In this document: positions 16,753-27,734 of the stretch, piece by piece
How the letters are laid out: the number at the start of each line of letters is the position of its first letter
How positions within the stretch are numbered: the first letter of the stretch is position 1
Source of the DNA: a virus
Lineage: Duplodnaviria; Heunggongvirae; Uroviricota; Caudoviricetes
Length of the DNA: 64,000 nt
IMG/VR virus record: IMGVR_UViG_3300018430_000002
Direction: 5' to 3' (one strand)
Made by a program: the position numbers and the translations under genes
Notes under the pieces: model-generated
Told to the model about the DNA's origin: nothing
What the model saw: the letters and a program-made list of their open reading frames with translations, nothing else
The model's database searches: none

Positions 16753-17910
16753 TTACACCATATAGTGTAACTTCTTGGACTGAGGACGTTTAAAGAGGAT
16801 ATGAGAAACCTGCTGAGTCTGACGCTCACGATACCACTGAGCCTTAGCGACCTTTCGGGCATCATTCTTGTCTTCTTCATCGAGTTCTGCATAACAATCG
16901 TAGTAATCATTCTGCCAATCAATCTTGACATCTTCACCACGAATAATTACACCACCACGAGTATAGTCATAGACATTATCGCCAGGAGTGAACTCGGCAT
17001 AAAAGTCCCAATCTTCTTTATCTTGGAACTCCAGCTTAACCTTGTCATCACTCCACATGTCGATAGGCTGACGACGCTCAGACTTCTCACCATTGGTGAA
17101 ATAAATTACAAGAGTAATCCACTCATTCTCAACCTTGAGAATATTCAAGTCTTTGATTACTTCCTCAAAAGGCAGGCCGGTGCTAAGTTCAAAAGCAATA
17201 GCACGCAGGCAGTCATAGTTCAGACTTACCTTATGAGAGAAGCCCACAACCTTTTCGATTTCGCCATAATACTGCTCGGGCAGCTTATCGAGCATATATT
17301 CACGCACTTCATCATCGGCGGGGAAATCAAAACGTAGATGGTAATGGAAACGACCCGGACGATTAACAAGATAATCGTTCAGTTTACGAATCTCATTACA
17401 GGTAATGACGAACAACTTCTTACCCTGACTCATGCCGTCAAACAGAGTAAGGGTCTCGGTCTGCGGGTCAAGAGCAGTACCTTCATGCTCCTTCTTGCCG
17501 CAGAAGGTCTTGTCAAATTCATCGAATACGATTACTGCTTCCTGTGCAATTTCGCTCAAGAAGTCAGAAACGCCCGGCATAAAAGAGGTCACCAAAATAA
17601 CCGGATAACCAGCCTGAACAGCTCGCTCGGCAAGCAACTTGGCAGACATAGACTTACCAATACCCTTTTCGCCAGACAGAATAACACCAAGGTTACGTTC
17701 TGCGACGTTAAAGGCAGTCAAAATCTTATCTACTTTTGCTTCATGAACGCCGTACATCTTTTCGGCTACAACAATATCGGCGGTCTTCTCCAAGAAGAAG
17801 CCAGACCGTTCGCTGAAACAAACATTGTAAAACTGCACGGGCAGAGTGTCCTTTACAATGAGGTCATCAGCATAAATCTTATAGATATTTCCAGTTTGAA
17901 CAATTTTCAT
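16753..17910 (-). CDS. AAA+ ATPase
   Basis: ORF track 385 aa. Walker A GEKGIGKS, Walker B VIVFDEFD, arginine-finger region NRPGRFHYHLRF. Confidence 0.6.
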   Translation of the reverse strand: MKIVQTGNIYKIYADDLIVKDTLPVQFYNVCFSERSGFFLEKTADIVVAEKMYGVHEAKVDKILTAFNVAERNLGVILSGEKGIGKSMSAKLLAERAVQAGYPVILVTSFMPGVSDFLSEIAQEAVIVFDEFDKTFCGKKEHEGTALDPQTETLTLFDGMSQGKKLFVITCNEIRKLNDYLVNRPGRFHYHLRFDFPADDEVREYMLDKLPEQYYGEIEKVVGFSHKVSLNYDCLRAIAFELSTGLPFEEVIKDLNILKVENEWITLVIYFTNGEKSERRQPIDMWSDDKVKLEFQDKEDWDFYAEFTPGDNVYDYTRGGVIIRGEDVKIDWQNDYYDCYAELDEEDKNDARKVAKAQWYRERQTQQVSHILFKRPQSKKLHYMV

Positions 17911-17919
17911 ATTACCACT

Positions 17920-18153
17920 TCATAACCTTTCTTCTCTTGAAGGTCGCCCATTTACCCATACACGGATATAATTATTTTCGAGATACCACCAAAAATCATT
18001 TGGTGTAAGCATAACCAAAGCCTTTCCAAAGGGGATTACATCTTCACCCTTTGGAAAGAATCTTACTTTGTTGAATTGAACGAATGAATTACTCATTTCC
18101 TCATTGCTCAATTCCATGAGTTCATCTTCAGTTCGCACAATTCGTTTGGACAT
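17920..18153 (-). CDS. hypothetical protein
   Basis: ORF track 77 aa. Confidence 0.4.
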   Translation of the reverse strand: MSKRIVRTEDELMELSNEEMSNSFVQFNKVRFFPKGEDVIPFGKALVMLTPNDFWWYLENNYIRVWVNGRPSREERL

Positions 18154-18449
18154 TACAGGTCGAGCTCCTTCATCAGTCGATCCAGAGTCGCCTTCTCGTC
18201 CTCCCCCATTTCTACCTTCTTCGCAGGGGTTGCGACAGGTTCATCGCCAAAATTGATGTCGCCACCTTGTGCGTTAAAAGCCACAGGAGTCTTGGGGACG
18301 GTCATAGATACAGCAACCTGTACTCGCTCACCATTCTCAGTGGACATGAAATAGAACTTCTTACCATCTTCAGTGCCGCAATAGTCAGCACCAACTGCGG
18401 TGATAAACCGCTTCATAAGAGTATCTTTTGCGATAGCTCCCTTTGCCAA
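18153..18449 (-). CDS. hypothetical protein
   Basis: ORF track 98 aa. Class I promoter at 18461-18510. Confidence 0.45.
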   Translation of the reverse strand: MAKGAIAKDTLMKRFITAVGADYCGTEDGKKFYFMSTENGERVQVAVSMTVPKTPVAFNAQGGDINFGDEPVATPAKKVEMGEDEKATLDRLMKELDL

Positions 18450-18515
18450 TCAAATCATTCCTCTCTTTACTTTATGTATATATTATATCATAAATTTTTG
18501 AAATTTTCAAATGGA

Positions 18516-19871
18516 TTATCTACAATTCCAGCAAATCCATTCTCCATGGATACGTGTTCCTTCATCTGAGTTCTCAGAATTAAAGAGTGCTCCACATACT
18601 TCACATTCTACGAGAAGGTCTTCTGCGCAATTCGGGCAGTAATACTGACCCTGCGCAGCAACAGCTTCAGAAATGATTACACGTTCACCGCAACCGGCGC
18701 AAACGCCAATTACTTCATCATCCACATAATCACTATTATGTAGTAGGCAATCATTACAAAGCATGGCTTCACTGGTTTCAACATCTGTCTCGCCACAACA
18801 CAGACATTTCACCTTATGGCCTACTACCATAGCTTTTACAGATTTCTTGCCGTTATACATATAAGGATATACAACAGGAACGTAGAAAGAAGAACGAAGC
18901 AAATCATTGAAATGAAGTGCGCCATCAACATCTTTTACATAGGCACGCATAGGACGAGCAGTTTTCTTCAGGAAAACCGTAGGCTCTCCCAATTCAAAAG
19001 ACTGACCGTTAATCATAGCATAACCACGCTGAACGGCAGACTTCCATTCACCATAATCATTTCCAAGAGACCAGCCATCGAAATATCTTGGCGGAACCTC
19101 TCTATCGAAATGCTTCAGCTTTTCAGTAAACTGAGTAATCTTATTGAGAATATTATTACAGGTAAAAGGATACTGACGACCGGCCCAAATCAGTTTGTTT
19201 TCTCTATCAAAATAGAGCAAACAGCGCCACTTTTTATTATTCCATGGTACATCGTCAGGGAAACGAGGCAGTTCAGTATCTTCTTCACTCTTGAGATAAG
19301 CCATTACGGTACAATCATCGAGCATATAGGACAGATTACCACTACGATATTCTCCATCCAACGCATGACAACTACGCCAATTATGCTGATTTTCACTGGA
19401 ACTCAAAAAGTCCAGAGGATGAACGGACAAACAAAGTTTGCCGCTAATCTTATTCTCTTGAATGATACGAGAAAGTTCTATCTGAATATCATTGATAATA
19501 CCCAAATCAATACGGTCAATCCAATATCGACTAAGGGCTTTACCAATTTTCATTCCAATAGGAATTACTTTATCCTCAAATCTAAATTCTCGGACAACTT
19601 TATTTTCAGTAAGACCTTCCTTATTGTCGTAGAGAAAACTTGCCATATAGGTATCATAATCACCAATTCTTTCAAGGAATTGATTTAACTTATGATCCAA
19701 AGTTTCTGCGTCAAGAGGAAAAGTCATTACTTCATCGCTTTCCCAGATAGGACCGCCAACAATATCAGTAAAAAACTTTTTATTAGCGGTCCAAGTTTCC
19801 TCCATATCAGAGAGGTTTGGATTCGGGATTCCCTGACTGAACTGAATTACTCTTTTTACCTGTTCCCACAT
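18516..19871 (-). CDS. multi-zinc-finger protein, paralog of 22561..24474
   Basis: ORF track 451 aa. Shared core GKLCLSVHPLDFLSSSENQHNWRSC. C-terminal array of CxxC fingers. Confidence 0.5.
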   Translation of the reverse strand: MWEQVKRVIQFSQGIPNPNLSDMEETWTANKKFFTDIVGGPIWESDEVMTFPLDAETLDHKLNQFLERIGDYDTYMASFLYDNKEGLTENKVVREFRFEDKVIPIGMKIGKALSRYWIDRIDLGIINDIQIELSRIIQENKISGKLCLSVHPLDFLSSSENQHNWRSCHALDGEYRSGNLSYMLDDCTVMAYLKSEEDTELPRFPDDVPWNNKKWRCLLYFDRENKLIWAGRQYPFTCNNILNKITQFTEKLKHFDREVPPRYFDGWSLGNDYGEWKSAVQRGYAMINGQSFELGEPTVFLKKTARPMRAYVKDVDGALHFNDLLRSSFYVPVVYPYMYNGKKSVKAMVVGHKVKCLCCGETDVETSEAMLCNDCLLHNSDYVDDEVIGVCAGCGERVIISEAVAAQGQYYCPNCAEDLLVECEVCGALFNSENSDEGTRIHGEWICWNCR

Positions 19872-20934
19872 AAACGGTTACTTCTCCTTTTTCTGCTTCT
19901 TCACAACTGATGCATTTCCACTTATCATCATGCTGACTAGGCTTTCTGCTAGTCACATAATATGCTTTGCCGCAATCAGGGCAATATCTAAGCCACTGAT
20001 GGCTTTCCGCAAAGCAGTCATTACAAAGGTAGAAACTGCCTCCACCTTCCCAATGAACGAGATAAGCATCATCCTTCGGTACCTTATCTCCGCAGAAACA
20101 GCAATGCTTCTGTCCCTGGCCATCGGGTTCGACAGGAGCATCCCACCAGTCAGAATAGGCATACTTATAATGGTCTCGGCCGGAACCATACCAAGAAGCC
20201 AAATAAGGATTTTCCATATAAACAAACTTCGGCACTTCTTCATTGGTGCGGACATCTTCCAAGATATTCATAACTTTGTAAATAGTTTTGAACATCGGAC
20301 TTAGATATAGACGCTCCAAATTACTATGCTCCTCTTGATAGCCAATAGAGAAGTTAACAGACGCAACTCCCCAAGCAGGAGAAAGCACAGTGATATCACT
20401 CATAGTGCCCCAGTTTGTAATAAAACCAAACTTGTTTACATATTCTTCGAAATCAGAATTTTCGCAATCATAGAATACACTATCATCGGTGCCTCTACGG
20501 TCAAGCTCAATCAAGAATTTCAAATCACCAGGAAATTCAGGATATACGCCAACGCATTTGATTGCGCCAAGACAACCATATTCTTCATCAGTAGTGATGA
20601 TAATATGGGGACGATAGCCGGCCTGAACAATCTGGATAATAGAATAAATACCTGCTCTATCATCTGCGCCAAGTCCCTGCGGACTCCACATAACATTCAG
20701 GTCAGAATCATATAGAATTTCAATAGGAGCTTTGGTATGCACAGTATCAGCATGCGCTACAAGACCCACAGGAATATCGCCTCGTGCGATAATAAATGCT
20801 TTATGCCGAATTACATTCTCTTCCCCATATCTTTTAATAAGGAATGAATCCATCATCTTCAGCACAGAAGACTGGGGAAGTTTGAAAATAGATTCGAGAG
20901 TTTGTCTCTCTTTTGCGGTTAGTCGTCTCTCCAC
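19807..20934 (-). CDS. M42/M28-type metallopeptidase-like domain fused to C-terminal zinc fingers
   Basis: ORF track 375 aa. VAHADTVH and GADDRAG motifs. C-terminal CCFCG/CNDC/CPDCG/CISC. Confidence 0.45.
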   Translation of the reverse strand: MERRLTAKERQTLESIFKLPQSSVLKMMDSFLIKRYGEENVIRHKAFIIARGDIPVGLVAHADTVHTKAPIEILYDSDLNVMWSPQGLGADDRAGIYSIIQIVQAGYRPHIIITTDEEYGCLGAIKCVGVYPEFPGDLKFLIELDRRGTDDSVFYDCENSDFEEYVNKFGFITNWGTMSDITVLSPAWGVASVNFSIGYQEEHSNLERLYLSPMFKTIYKVMNILEDVRTNEEVPKFVYMENPYLASWYGSGRDHYKYAYSDWWDAPVEPDGQGQKHCCFCGDKVPKDDAYLVHWEGGGSFYLCNDCFAESHQWLRYCPDCGKAYYVTSRKPSQHDDKWKCISCEEAEKGEVTVYVGTGKKSNSVQSGNPESKPL

Positions 20935-21006
20935 AGTATCTTCCTTTCACTATTTTATATATATATTATATCATAAATTTTGATAAAAATCAAATAGAGC
21001 ATCTCT

Positions 21007-21798
21007 TTATCGAGATGCTCTATCCTTCATAAGTTCCCAAAAGTGTAATTGTTTCGCGCAATAGTCGCATGAGCCGTTTCCAATCATGCATTTCTGTCGG
21101 CAGGTAAGCCGACGGTGTACCATATCTTCAGGTACGACTTCAGGTGGCATATTTACATCAAGGCCGGTGAATAACAAACTCATAGGGGAAGTAGTATAGT
21201 TACCCTTTACGGCATACATTTCATAAATAGCCTGCTGTCGAATGTCATTGCCGTCAATGATTTCAAAAACGTCAATGGCTTCTTCATATAAATGAGCGTG
21301 TTGAGGCAATACCCAGAAGTGCTTAATTCCTGTTTCCTCAATCTCTCGCTGAAGGGGAGTACGGCAAAGAGTAGGAATAACATGGATCCTTGTACCTGCT
21401 CTCTTGACGATAGAGAGTTGCTGGATATCAAACGTCAAAGGCTCAGTTACCATGATGTCACTTACCTGATAATATCGGAGTATACTAACAAGGCCCCAGA
21501 TTGCTGCTGGAGCATGGTACATATAATCATGGATGATACCATTTTTCCTGCAATGCTTGGCATATGCAATCATATCAGACAAAGAATGGAAATCATAAAT
21601 GATATTTTCATTTTCCTCTTGGATAGAGAATAACTTATCCAGAGAAAGCAGATTATTTTTTAGTTCGATAATTACCTTTTGGGTAGATTCTTTATGTTTA
21701 TCGGCATATAAAATACCACGTTCTACCTGTTCGGGCAAAAATCTTATAAATTCTGCTTGCTCGGAATATTTATTTTGTATATAACATACATATTTCAA
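21007..21798 (-). CDS. hypothetical protein
   Basis: ORF track 263 aa. RBS AAAGGAGTG. Promoter with palindromic -35 region at 21820-21880. Confidence 0.5.
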   Translation of the reverse strand: MKYVCYIQNKYSEQAEFIRFLPEQVERGILYADKHKESTQKVIIELKNNLLSLDKLFSIQEENENIIYDFHSLSDMIAYAKHCRKNGIIHDYMYHAPAAIWGLVSILRYYQVSDIMVTEPLTFDIQQLSIVKRAGTRIHVIPTLCRTPLQREIEETGIKHFWVLPQHAHLYEEAIDVFEIIDGNDIRQQAIYEMYAVKGNYTTSPMSLLFTGLDVNMPPEVVPEDMVHRRLTCRQKCMIGNGSCDYCAKQLHFWELMKDRASR

Positions 21799-21819
21799 GC
21801 ATTTTCACTCCTTTATATA

Positions 21820-21880
21820 GAGTATATCAAAAATTTTCCAACTTGTCAAGTTGGAAAATTTATGATATTATATTTTTAGA
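21820..21880 (-). promoter_or_regulatory. promoter with -35 inside perfect palindrome TTTTCCAACTTGACAAGTTGGAAAA (operator-like)
   Basis: TTGACA-N17-TATACT, then AAAGGAGTG and the ATG of 21007..21798. Confidence 0.45.
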
Positions 21881-21892
21881 AGTTGAAGCAGA

Positions 21893-22336
21893 TTACTCTG
21901 CTTCGACCTCTTCTACAACGGCCTTGTAGCCGTTCACCTTGCGGCTCTTGCCCTCTTCCTTGATGGTGATTTCGGTCTTGATTGCCTGACCGGCTTCAAC
22001 CAGCTTGTTCAGACGGTAAGCCAGCTTACCAGAAGTTGCGTTCAGCTCGGGAGCTTCAGCGTTGACAGCCGCCACAATGTCAGCGATAGTAGCTTCGTCT
22101 TCCATGGAGCGCAGAGCAACCAGGGCAGCGTCAGCCAGTTCGTCAGCAGCCTTAGCACTCTTGGCCTTGGCGTAGGTCTTTGCCTTTTCGGAGCGCTTAT
22201 CCATCAGTTCGATTTCATGATTGATGAAACCGCACAGACGATTGGCCTCTTCAGTTTCCATGATGCCAGCAGAGATAGCGTCGTTTACCAGAGTCAGTAG
22301 GGAGTTGTAGTTGTCACGCTTAGTAATCTTAGTCAT
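21893..22336 (-). CDS. hypothetical protein
   Basis: ORF track 147 aa. Class I promoter at 22375-22430. Confidence 0.5.
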   Translation of the reverse strand: MTKITKRDNYNSLLTLVNDAISAGIMETEEANRLCGFINHEIELMDKRSEKAKTYAKAKSAKAADELADAALVALRSMEDEATIADIVAAVNAEAPELNATSGKLAYRLNKLVEAGQAIKTEITIKEEGKSRKVNGYKAVVEEVEAE

Positions 22337-22560
22337 AAATCAAATCAACCTTTCTTTTTTCTTGTCGGTGTTGTTCTCTCAACCTTACATATATATTATA
22401 TCAAAATTTTTGGTAATTTTCAAATCAGGTTGCTCAAAGGCAACTCAGCAAACTTGGTTAGGGCTACTTCAAAATCTTTTGTGTCTGTTACAAGCTCATA
22501 GAGATATTCATTGGTTTCACTGTTGTAGTGAGGTATCCAATGTTGATTCGATGATGAGCC

Positions 22561-24474
22561 CTAGAAGGGCAGATCTCCGTAACGCATACGGATAACTGCT
22601 TCTTCTTCCTGCTCTAGAGCAGTTTTGATATCATTTGCGTAGATACCATACTGCTCTTCTTCAGTTTCCCTTGCGCCCCCATCATAGAAAGAACTGGAGC
22701 GAGCAATCGCTGCGACGCAACGATGCTGGTAGTTCTTAAACAGCTTGCGCTGGATTTCTTCCTGTTCGGGGAAGAAGTAGGGACGAGATGGAGTGCCGGG
22801 TCGGTCAGTCAGCTGAATCCACTGCTCATAAGTCAGCATAGCGCCATTCAGCAGATTGTCGATGTAGGAAGGATGGATGCGACCGCCGAAAGAACTGTAA
22901 AGGTTCATGTAGCGGGACACAATCAGTTCATCATCATAAGGATCCAGACCCATCTTGCGCAAGCAGTCATAGCAGATAGAACCTTCATTGGAAGTACAAA
23001 TAGCCTGAGTAATATGGCGCAGGTTATTATTGTTGGTATAGTCTCCCCATCTGTGAACCGCACGACGGACATCTTCACGTTCGGGGTTATCCAGCAGGGG
23101 CTTCAGCAGGTATGCTTCCAGAAGGGGATTGCCAGGAATCTGCCAACGAGTTACTTCATCTCGGCTGATATACTCCTGACACTCGTCACACCAAGTATAA
23201 CGCTCATAGAAGCAATGCTCGCACAGCTTTTCGCCAGTTGCGGGGTCGACATATTCCTCTTCGCGACCGGTGATATTCTCACCGCACTCATCGCAATAGT
23301 ATTCGCCACGGCAAGCGCTGCACAGCAGAGAGTCTGCTACGCAATCACGTTCATCGCAGTCATAGTCAACTTCTGCGCCGCACCACATACAGTTTGCAGG
23401 GCCAGAGAAATTGATATAACGGGGACCGTCATAGTCATAGCTCAGGCAGCAAATCTGTTCGTCCTGAATATCATTATACATGAAATTGGTGTCGAACTCA
23501 AAGACGTGACACTGCATCTCGGTGGTGCTGTAGTCCGCCCAGCCCAGGTTTTCCTGTGCCAGACTTTTGACCCAATTTACCGCCTGAGTGGCCAGCACGT
23601 CATTATCATAAGGATACTGACGATTACACAGGATGACACCTTCGTGTACCAGAATCCATGCGCGCCACTTCTTGGACGGCCATTCATAGTCTTTGCCATT
23701 GTAGCGCCAAGACATGTTGTTCTTGGTAGACTTCAGGTAGGCGCAGATAACCATGGGACTATTCATCATTTCGACAGTACCGAAACGATAGCAGCCATAT
23801 TCTTTCCAAGACATACAGCTGGACCAGTTGTTTGCGTTATCAGACGCAGTAGCATAATCCAGAGGATGGATAGACAGGCACAGTTCACCAGTCAGACGCT
23901 TCTGGTTCAGTACCTGAGAATGTGCGACACGGAAGTTTTCAAAGTCCTCTTCCATGTTGAAGATAGCACACACCTTGCCCAGAGCCTTCATCAGCTTCTG
24001 GCCGCGAGCGATATTGATGACGATTTCACCATCTTCGCTCGTCCACTTAATGTCGTCCGGCACGCGAGCATCAGTCAGAGTAGCGTCGTACGTCAGACGA
24101 TACAGAGAATCTCTTACTCGACGGTCGGCATACCACTTCTTACCTTCGGGGGTATTATCGTAATAAGCGAAGGTATTGTCAAGGGGAATCATGCGGTCAA
24201 CACGACGCCAGTATTCCTCAATGAAAGCAGCATAATCGCTGGTCAGCTTATTCATTTCAGAACGCATTTCGGCCCACGGACGGTCATAAGACACGGGAGT
24301 GCTGAGAATGAACTCTTCACCCATCAGCTTATACAGATTCTGCTTATTGGACTCCCAAAAAGCCAGAACCTTATCTGCAGGTGCAATATCACTTCGTTCA
24401 GGTTCGCCACCACAGTACAGTCGACGATAAGCGTCAAAAGCATCCTTATGAAGCAATTCTTTCACAATTATCAC
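22561..24474 (-). CDS. multi-zinc-finger protein, paralog of 18516..19871
   Basis: ORF track 637 aa. Core GELCLSIHPLDYATASDNANNWSSC. C-terminal CxxC arrays. Confidence 0.5.
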   Translation of the reverse strand: MIIVKELLHKDAFDAYRRLYCGGEPERSDIAPADKVLAFWESNKQNLYKLMGEEFILSTPVSYDRPWAEMRSEMNKLTSDYAAFIEEYWRRVDRMIPLDNTFAYYDNTPEGKKWYADRRVRDSLYRLTYDATLTDARVPDDIKWTSEDGEIVINIARGQKLMKALGKVCAIFNMEEDFENFRVAHSQVLNQKRLTGELCLSIHPLDYATASDNANNWSSCMSWKEYGCYRFGTVEMMNSPMVICAYLKSTKNNMSWRYNGKDYEWPSKKWRAWILVHEGVILCNRQYPYDNDVLATQAVNWVKSLAQENLGWADYSTTEMQCHVFEFDTNFMYNDIQDEQICCLSYDYDGPRYINFSGPANCMWCGAEVDYDCDERDCVADSLLCSACRGEYYCDECGENITGREEEYVDPATGEKLCEHCFYERYTWCDECQEYISRDEVTRWQIPGNPLLEAYLLKPLLDNPEREDVRRAVHRWGDYTNNNNLRHITQAICTSNEGSICYDCLRKMGLDPYDDELIVSRYMNLYSSFGGRIHPSYIDNLLNGAMLTYEQWIQLTDRPGTPSRPYFFPEQEEIQRKLFKNYQHRCVAAIARSSSFYDGGARETEEEQYGIYANDIKTALEQEEEAVIRMRYGDLPF

Positions 24475-24590
24475 TTTCCTCTCTCAACCTTACATATATA
24501 TTATATCAAAATTTTTGAGAAAAATCAACTAAGAGTTCTTAGTGACTATTGCCTGAGCCTCCTTTCTTTGAAATGTAATACTTCATTTAA

Positions 24591-24818
24591 TCAAAAATCT
24601 GCGGGAGGATAGTTGAGTTCTTCGGCGATTTCGACGAGCTCCGACGGTGTCATATCGGGGTTTGACAATCTCGTCACGTATTCCAAGACGACGGGATACC
24701 CAAGAGTAGCCCACGCAGTGCCTACATAGTCGAGCATATCTCGACGGAACTTATCCATATTCTGATCCATATTATTCTCCTTTTTCGTGCATCCAAGATG
24801 CAGGACGATAAAAATCAC
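24591..24818 (-). CDS. hypothetical protein
   Basis: ORF track 75 aa. Confidence 0.4.
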   Translation of the reverse strand: MIFIVLHLGCTKKENNMDQNMDKFRRDMLDYVGTAWATLGYPVVLEYVTRLSNPDMTPSELVEIAEELNYPPADF

Positions 24819-24922
24819 AGGGAGTCGCTTCTTCTTCTACTTCTTCTCCCCATACTCGGCAATAGCACATACCATCTTCAGGATTGTCTGTGCCAACACT
24901 ACAATGACAATTATAACAGCAC

Positions 24923-25126
24923 TTAATCATATAAATCACTCGCATATTCGTGCAGGAAACTCTCGATATCTTCACCGAGATTACGGAGCCACTTAGATAC
25001 GAGAGCACGGGTTTCCGGGGTACTAGATTCCAGTTCAGACATGATGTCCTCAACGGCATCAATGGTTTTTGCCATTTCATTTTTAGTCATAATCTTCTCC
25101 TTACCAGGTACAGAGCCACAGTACAC
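24923..25126 (-). CDS. hypothetical protein
   Basis: ORF track 67 aa. Confidence 0.35.
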   Translation of the reverse strand: MYCGSVPGKEKIMTKNEMAKTIDAVEDIMSELESSTPETRALVSKWLRNLGEDIESFLHEYASDLYD

Positions 25127-25394
25127 AATTCAGTTCGGGCAGGTTTTCATGCAGATAGTCCATAACCAGCTTCTTCTGCTGCCAGGTTTCTTCATCTTCA
25201 GGATAGCATTCCATATCTTCCTCAAGATCTTCATAGGCATCTTCGTCGAAACGAATTTCCTGCCAAGAATCATTGTCGCACATTCTGCCGAACATCTCAA
25301 TCATGTTCAGAGTGCCGGGTTCCATACCATACTTTTCTTCCACTTCGCGCGCGACTGCCCAACCATCCACAGTGGGTTTCATGATAATTTCCAT
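25101..25394 (-). CDS. acidic hypothetical protein
   Basis: ORF track 97 aa. Class I promoter at 25410-25465. Confidence 0.4.
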   Translation of the reverse strand: MEIIMKPTVDGWAVAREVEEKYGMEPGTLNMIEMFGRMCDNDSWQEIRFDEDAYEDLEEDMECYPEDEETWQQKKLVMDYLHENLPELNCVLWLCTW

Positions 25395-25655
25395 GACATT
25401 CTCCTTTTTCTCTCAACCTTATATATATATTATATCAAAAATTTTATAAAAAATCAAGGGAGGGTTCCTAATGACTAGGAACTCTCCCTTGTTAATTCAA
25501 TAGAGTAGTGCTATAACTGGATATAGGTATCCACTTATTATCGCAATATATCTACATAGTACCAGTATTTACGTCGAGGTGCATAATTCCATCAGAAAAA
25601 TGCTCGTCGGCAAGCTCATGCATTACACGATAAAGCTATACTGGTTTATACTGTT

Positions 25656-27146
25656 TTATGCGTTCGGGGTCTGAGGTGCGGCGACGGGCTGATTCATCAT
25701 GCCCATCATCACGAAAGGGAGCATATCGCTACCCTTTCCATCCTTCATGAGGAAGTACATCATCATGGGGTTGGACATCAGGTTGGTGCTGCCATTCTGA
25801 TTCATCATCATCATGAGCATCATGGGATCCATATCCTTATTGCCCATCAGCATGAAAGGAAGCATGTTGCCGAAAGGTGCGTCGGCAGATGCGGTACCAT
25901 TTACGCTGTCAAAGAGAGAAACAACCTTGGTTACGAAGTTGAAACCGAAGGGGCTCTTGACGGGATAGATGGTCTTTTCGGTAGCTTCACGGATATCCAC
26001 TACAGTCAGAGTCTGGGCGTTGACTGCGGTAACGTACATCGGCACGCGGTTATGGACAACCACATCGCCGACTTTTACGTCCTTGATAGCGACGGGCATC
26101 TTGTATACGAATTCAGAGCCGGGCATACTGAGGACTTCTACGTCCATTACGCTCTTGTTCTTGTTGTCCCAGGACACATAGCGGCCATCGACACCCTTGA
26201 TAGCCAGGCCATAGGTAGAAACGCGAACGGAATCAGTTACACGACCGAAATCAAAGTTAAACATGGAATTGGTGTTCATAATATCCTCCTTATTTTCTTC
26301 AGCGCATTTGAGATCGTTTATAGGGGCAAGGTGAACTTCTAGGTCGTGGCCCAGCTGTTCCACTCTCTTTTTTAGAAGTTCAATAGTTTCATTTAGAGCT
26401 TCATGTTCTTCATTGATATGGAAGTCGACAGTATTAGCAGCCATACGTTCTCTTCCATCGACATAGTTAAGTTTATCTTCCAGGTCAGCTTTTACGCACT
26501 CAAGCTGGTCTACTCGCTTTCGAATCTCATAGATATCGTTAGGAGTAGTGCCATAGGCGGACTGTTCCAGAGACTCGATACGACCGAGAGCGACATCACT
26601 AAGTGCTTTCAACTCTTTGGTACACTTATCGACTTTTTCTCGAATAGGATTGACTTCACTTTTGTATGCGGGCTGTTCAATCTGGATTGATGAACCGATA
26701 TCAGCCCACAGATTGGGAATAGTAGTAGTAGAGGTAGTATTAGTGATTGCTTTAGAAGCCGCAGAAGTGGCGTCGGCTAAATCACCAATAGCCTGTGTTG
26801 CGGCAGTAATACCAGATGTCGCGGCAGCGATAGTAGAAAGACCCATATTTTCTTGTGTCCCTGCGCCCCACAGATGATTGAATAGCTGTTTGCCGGCTTC
26901 TCTCTGGCAGATGTATTCTGTTTCGAGTCTATCACCAAAGTAGAACTTAATAGAGCCCCACGGCTCTGTATAGTCTCTCTTGTCAGCGATAGTCAGCTGG
27001 CTATAGTCGCCGAGAAGCGCCTTAGCGCCCCTGATGGCGAGATCGCGCATTCGTTTCCAATCATCACGAGGAATTTTAGAACCTTTATAAGACTCAAGAG
27101 CCTTATAAAAGTTTTGATTAACGAGCGTTTTTAGCATATTCGGCAA
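25656..27146 (-). CDS. coiled-coil protein with Met-rich low-complexity C-terminus
   Basis: ORF track 496 aa. C-terminal MLPFMLMGNKDMDPMMLMMMMNQ...MMGMMNQ. Confidence 0.5.
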   Translation of the reverse strand: MPNMLKTLVNQNFYKALESYKGSKIPRDDWKRMRDLAIRGAKALLGDYSQLTIADKRDYTEPWGSIKFYFGDRLETEYICQREAGKQLFNHLWGAGTQENMGLSTIAAATSGITAATQAIGDLADATSAASKAITNTTSTTTIPNLWADIGSSIQIEQPAYKSEVNPIREKVDKCTKELKALSDVALGRIESLEQSAYGTTPNDIYEIRKRVDQLECVKADLEDKLNYVDGRERMAANTVDFHINEEHEALNETIELLKKRVEQLGHDLEVHLAPINDLKCAEENKEDIMNTNSMFNFDFGRVTDSVRVSTYGLAIKGVDGRYVSWDNKNKSVMDVEVLSMPGSEFVYKMPVAIKDVKVGDVVVHNRVPMYVTAVNAQTLTVVDIREATEKTIYPVKSPFGFNFVTKVVSLFDSVNGTASADAPFGNMLPFMLMGNKDMDPMMLMMMMNQNGSTNLMSNPMMMYFLMKDGKGSDMLPFVMMGMMNQPVAAPQTPNA

Positions 27147-27248
27147 GCTCCTGAGGAGTCATTTGGTCGATTTCTTCACGGGTCAGTGGGCGAGGACCCT
27201 TACCATAAAGAAGTTCATATTCCACAGGGATTTCTCCTTTCTTCATTT
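27117..27248 (-). CDS. small protein (43 aa)
   Basis: Hand translation MKKGEIPVEYELLYGKGPRPLTREEIDQMTPQELAEYAKNAR. TTGACT-N17-TATAAT promoter at 27253-27290. Confidence 0.3.
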
Positions 27249-27494
27249 TCTATAAATATTATATCATAAATTTATAGAAAAGTCAATTAGAAGATTCTCT
27301 TGGCGAGATTGGATTGGAATTCCTTTCTCAACCTTACATATATATTATATCAAAATTTTTTGAAATTTTCAATTTAACTCTTCGCAGCGTTAGCTGCGAA
27401 GTTGACAACGATAAAAATTTTTGGTATAATATATATAGAAAATGAGCGAAGAGTTCATTTATCAAATATTTTATTTATAGGAGCGAACTATATT

Positions 27495-27719
27495 ATGATG
27501 ACTAATAAGATTATTTACACTCGTAAGATTGCTATGAAGTTGGTTGAGATGGGTCATGTGCCCGCAGGCACTATGCCGAACCCCAGCAAGCCCGAATTCC
27601 TTTGCTGGATTTTTGAGATTACTCCGAAGTTTGAAAAAGACCTTCAGACTGTACTTGGCGAAGCGACTCCGCGCAGCCGTTCGGTAAGTGTTAAGGTAAC
27701 GGACGCCAGCATTGAATAA
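27495..27719 (+). CDS. hypothetical protein
   Basis: Trimmed from the 27402 ORF-track start to the ATGATG after RBS TAGGAG. Class III promoter at 27395-27423. Confidence 0.4.
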   Translation: MMTNKIIYTRKIAMKLVEMGHVPAGTMPNPSKPEFLCWIFEITPKFEKDLQTVLGEATPRSRSVSVKVTDASIE

Positions 27720-27734
27720 CGTCGCACCCCGTTA

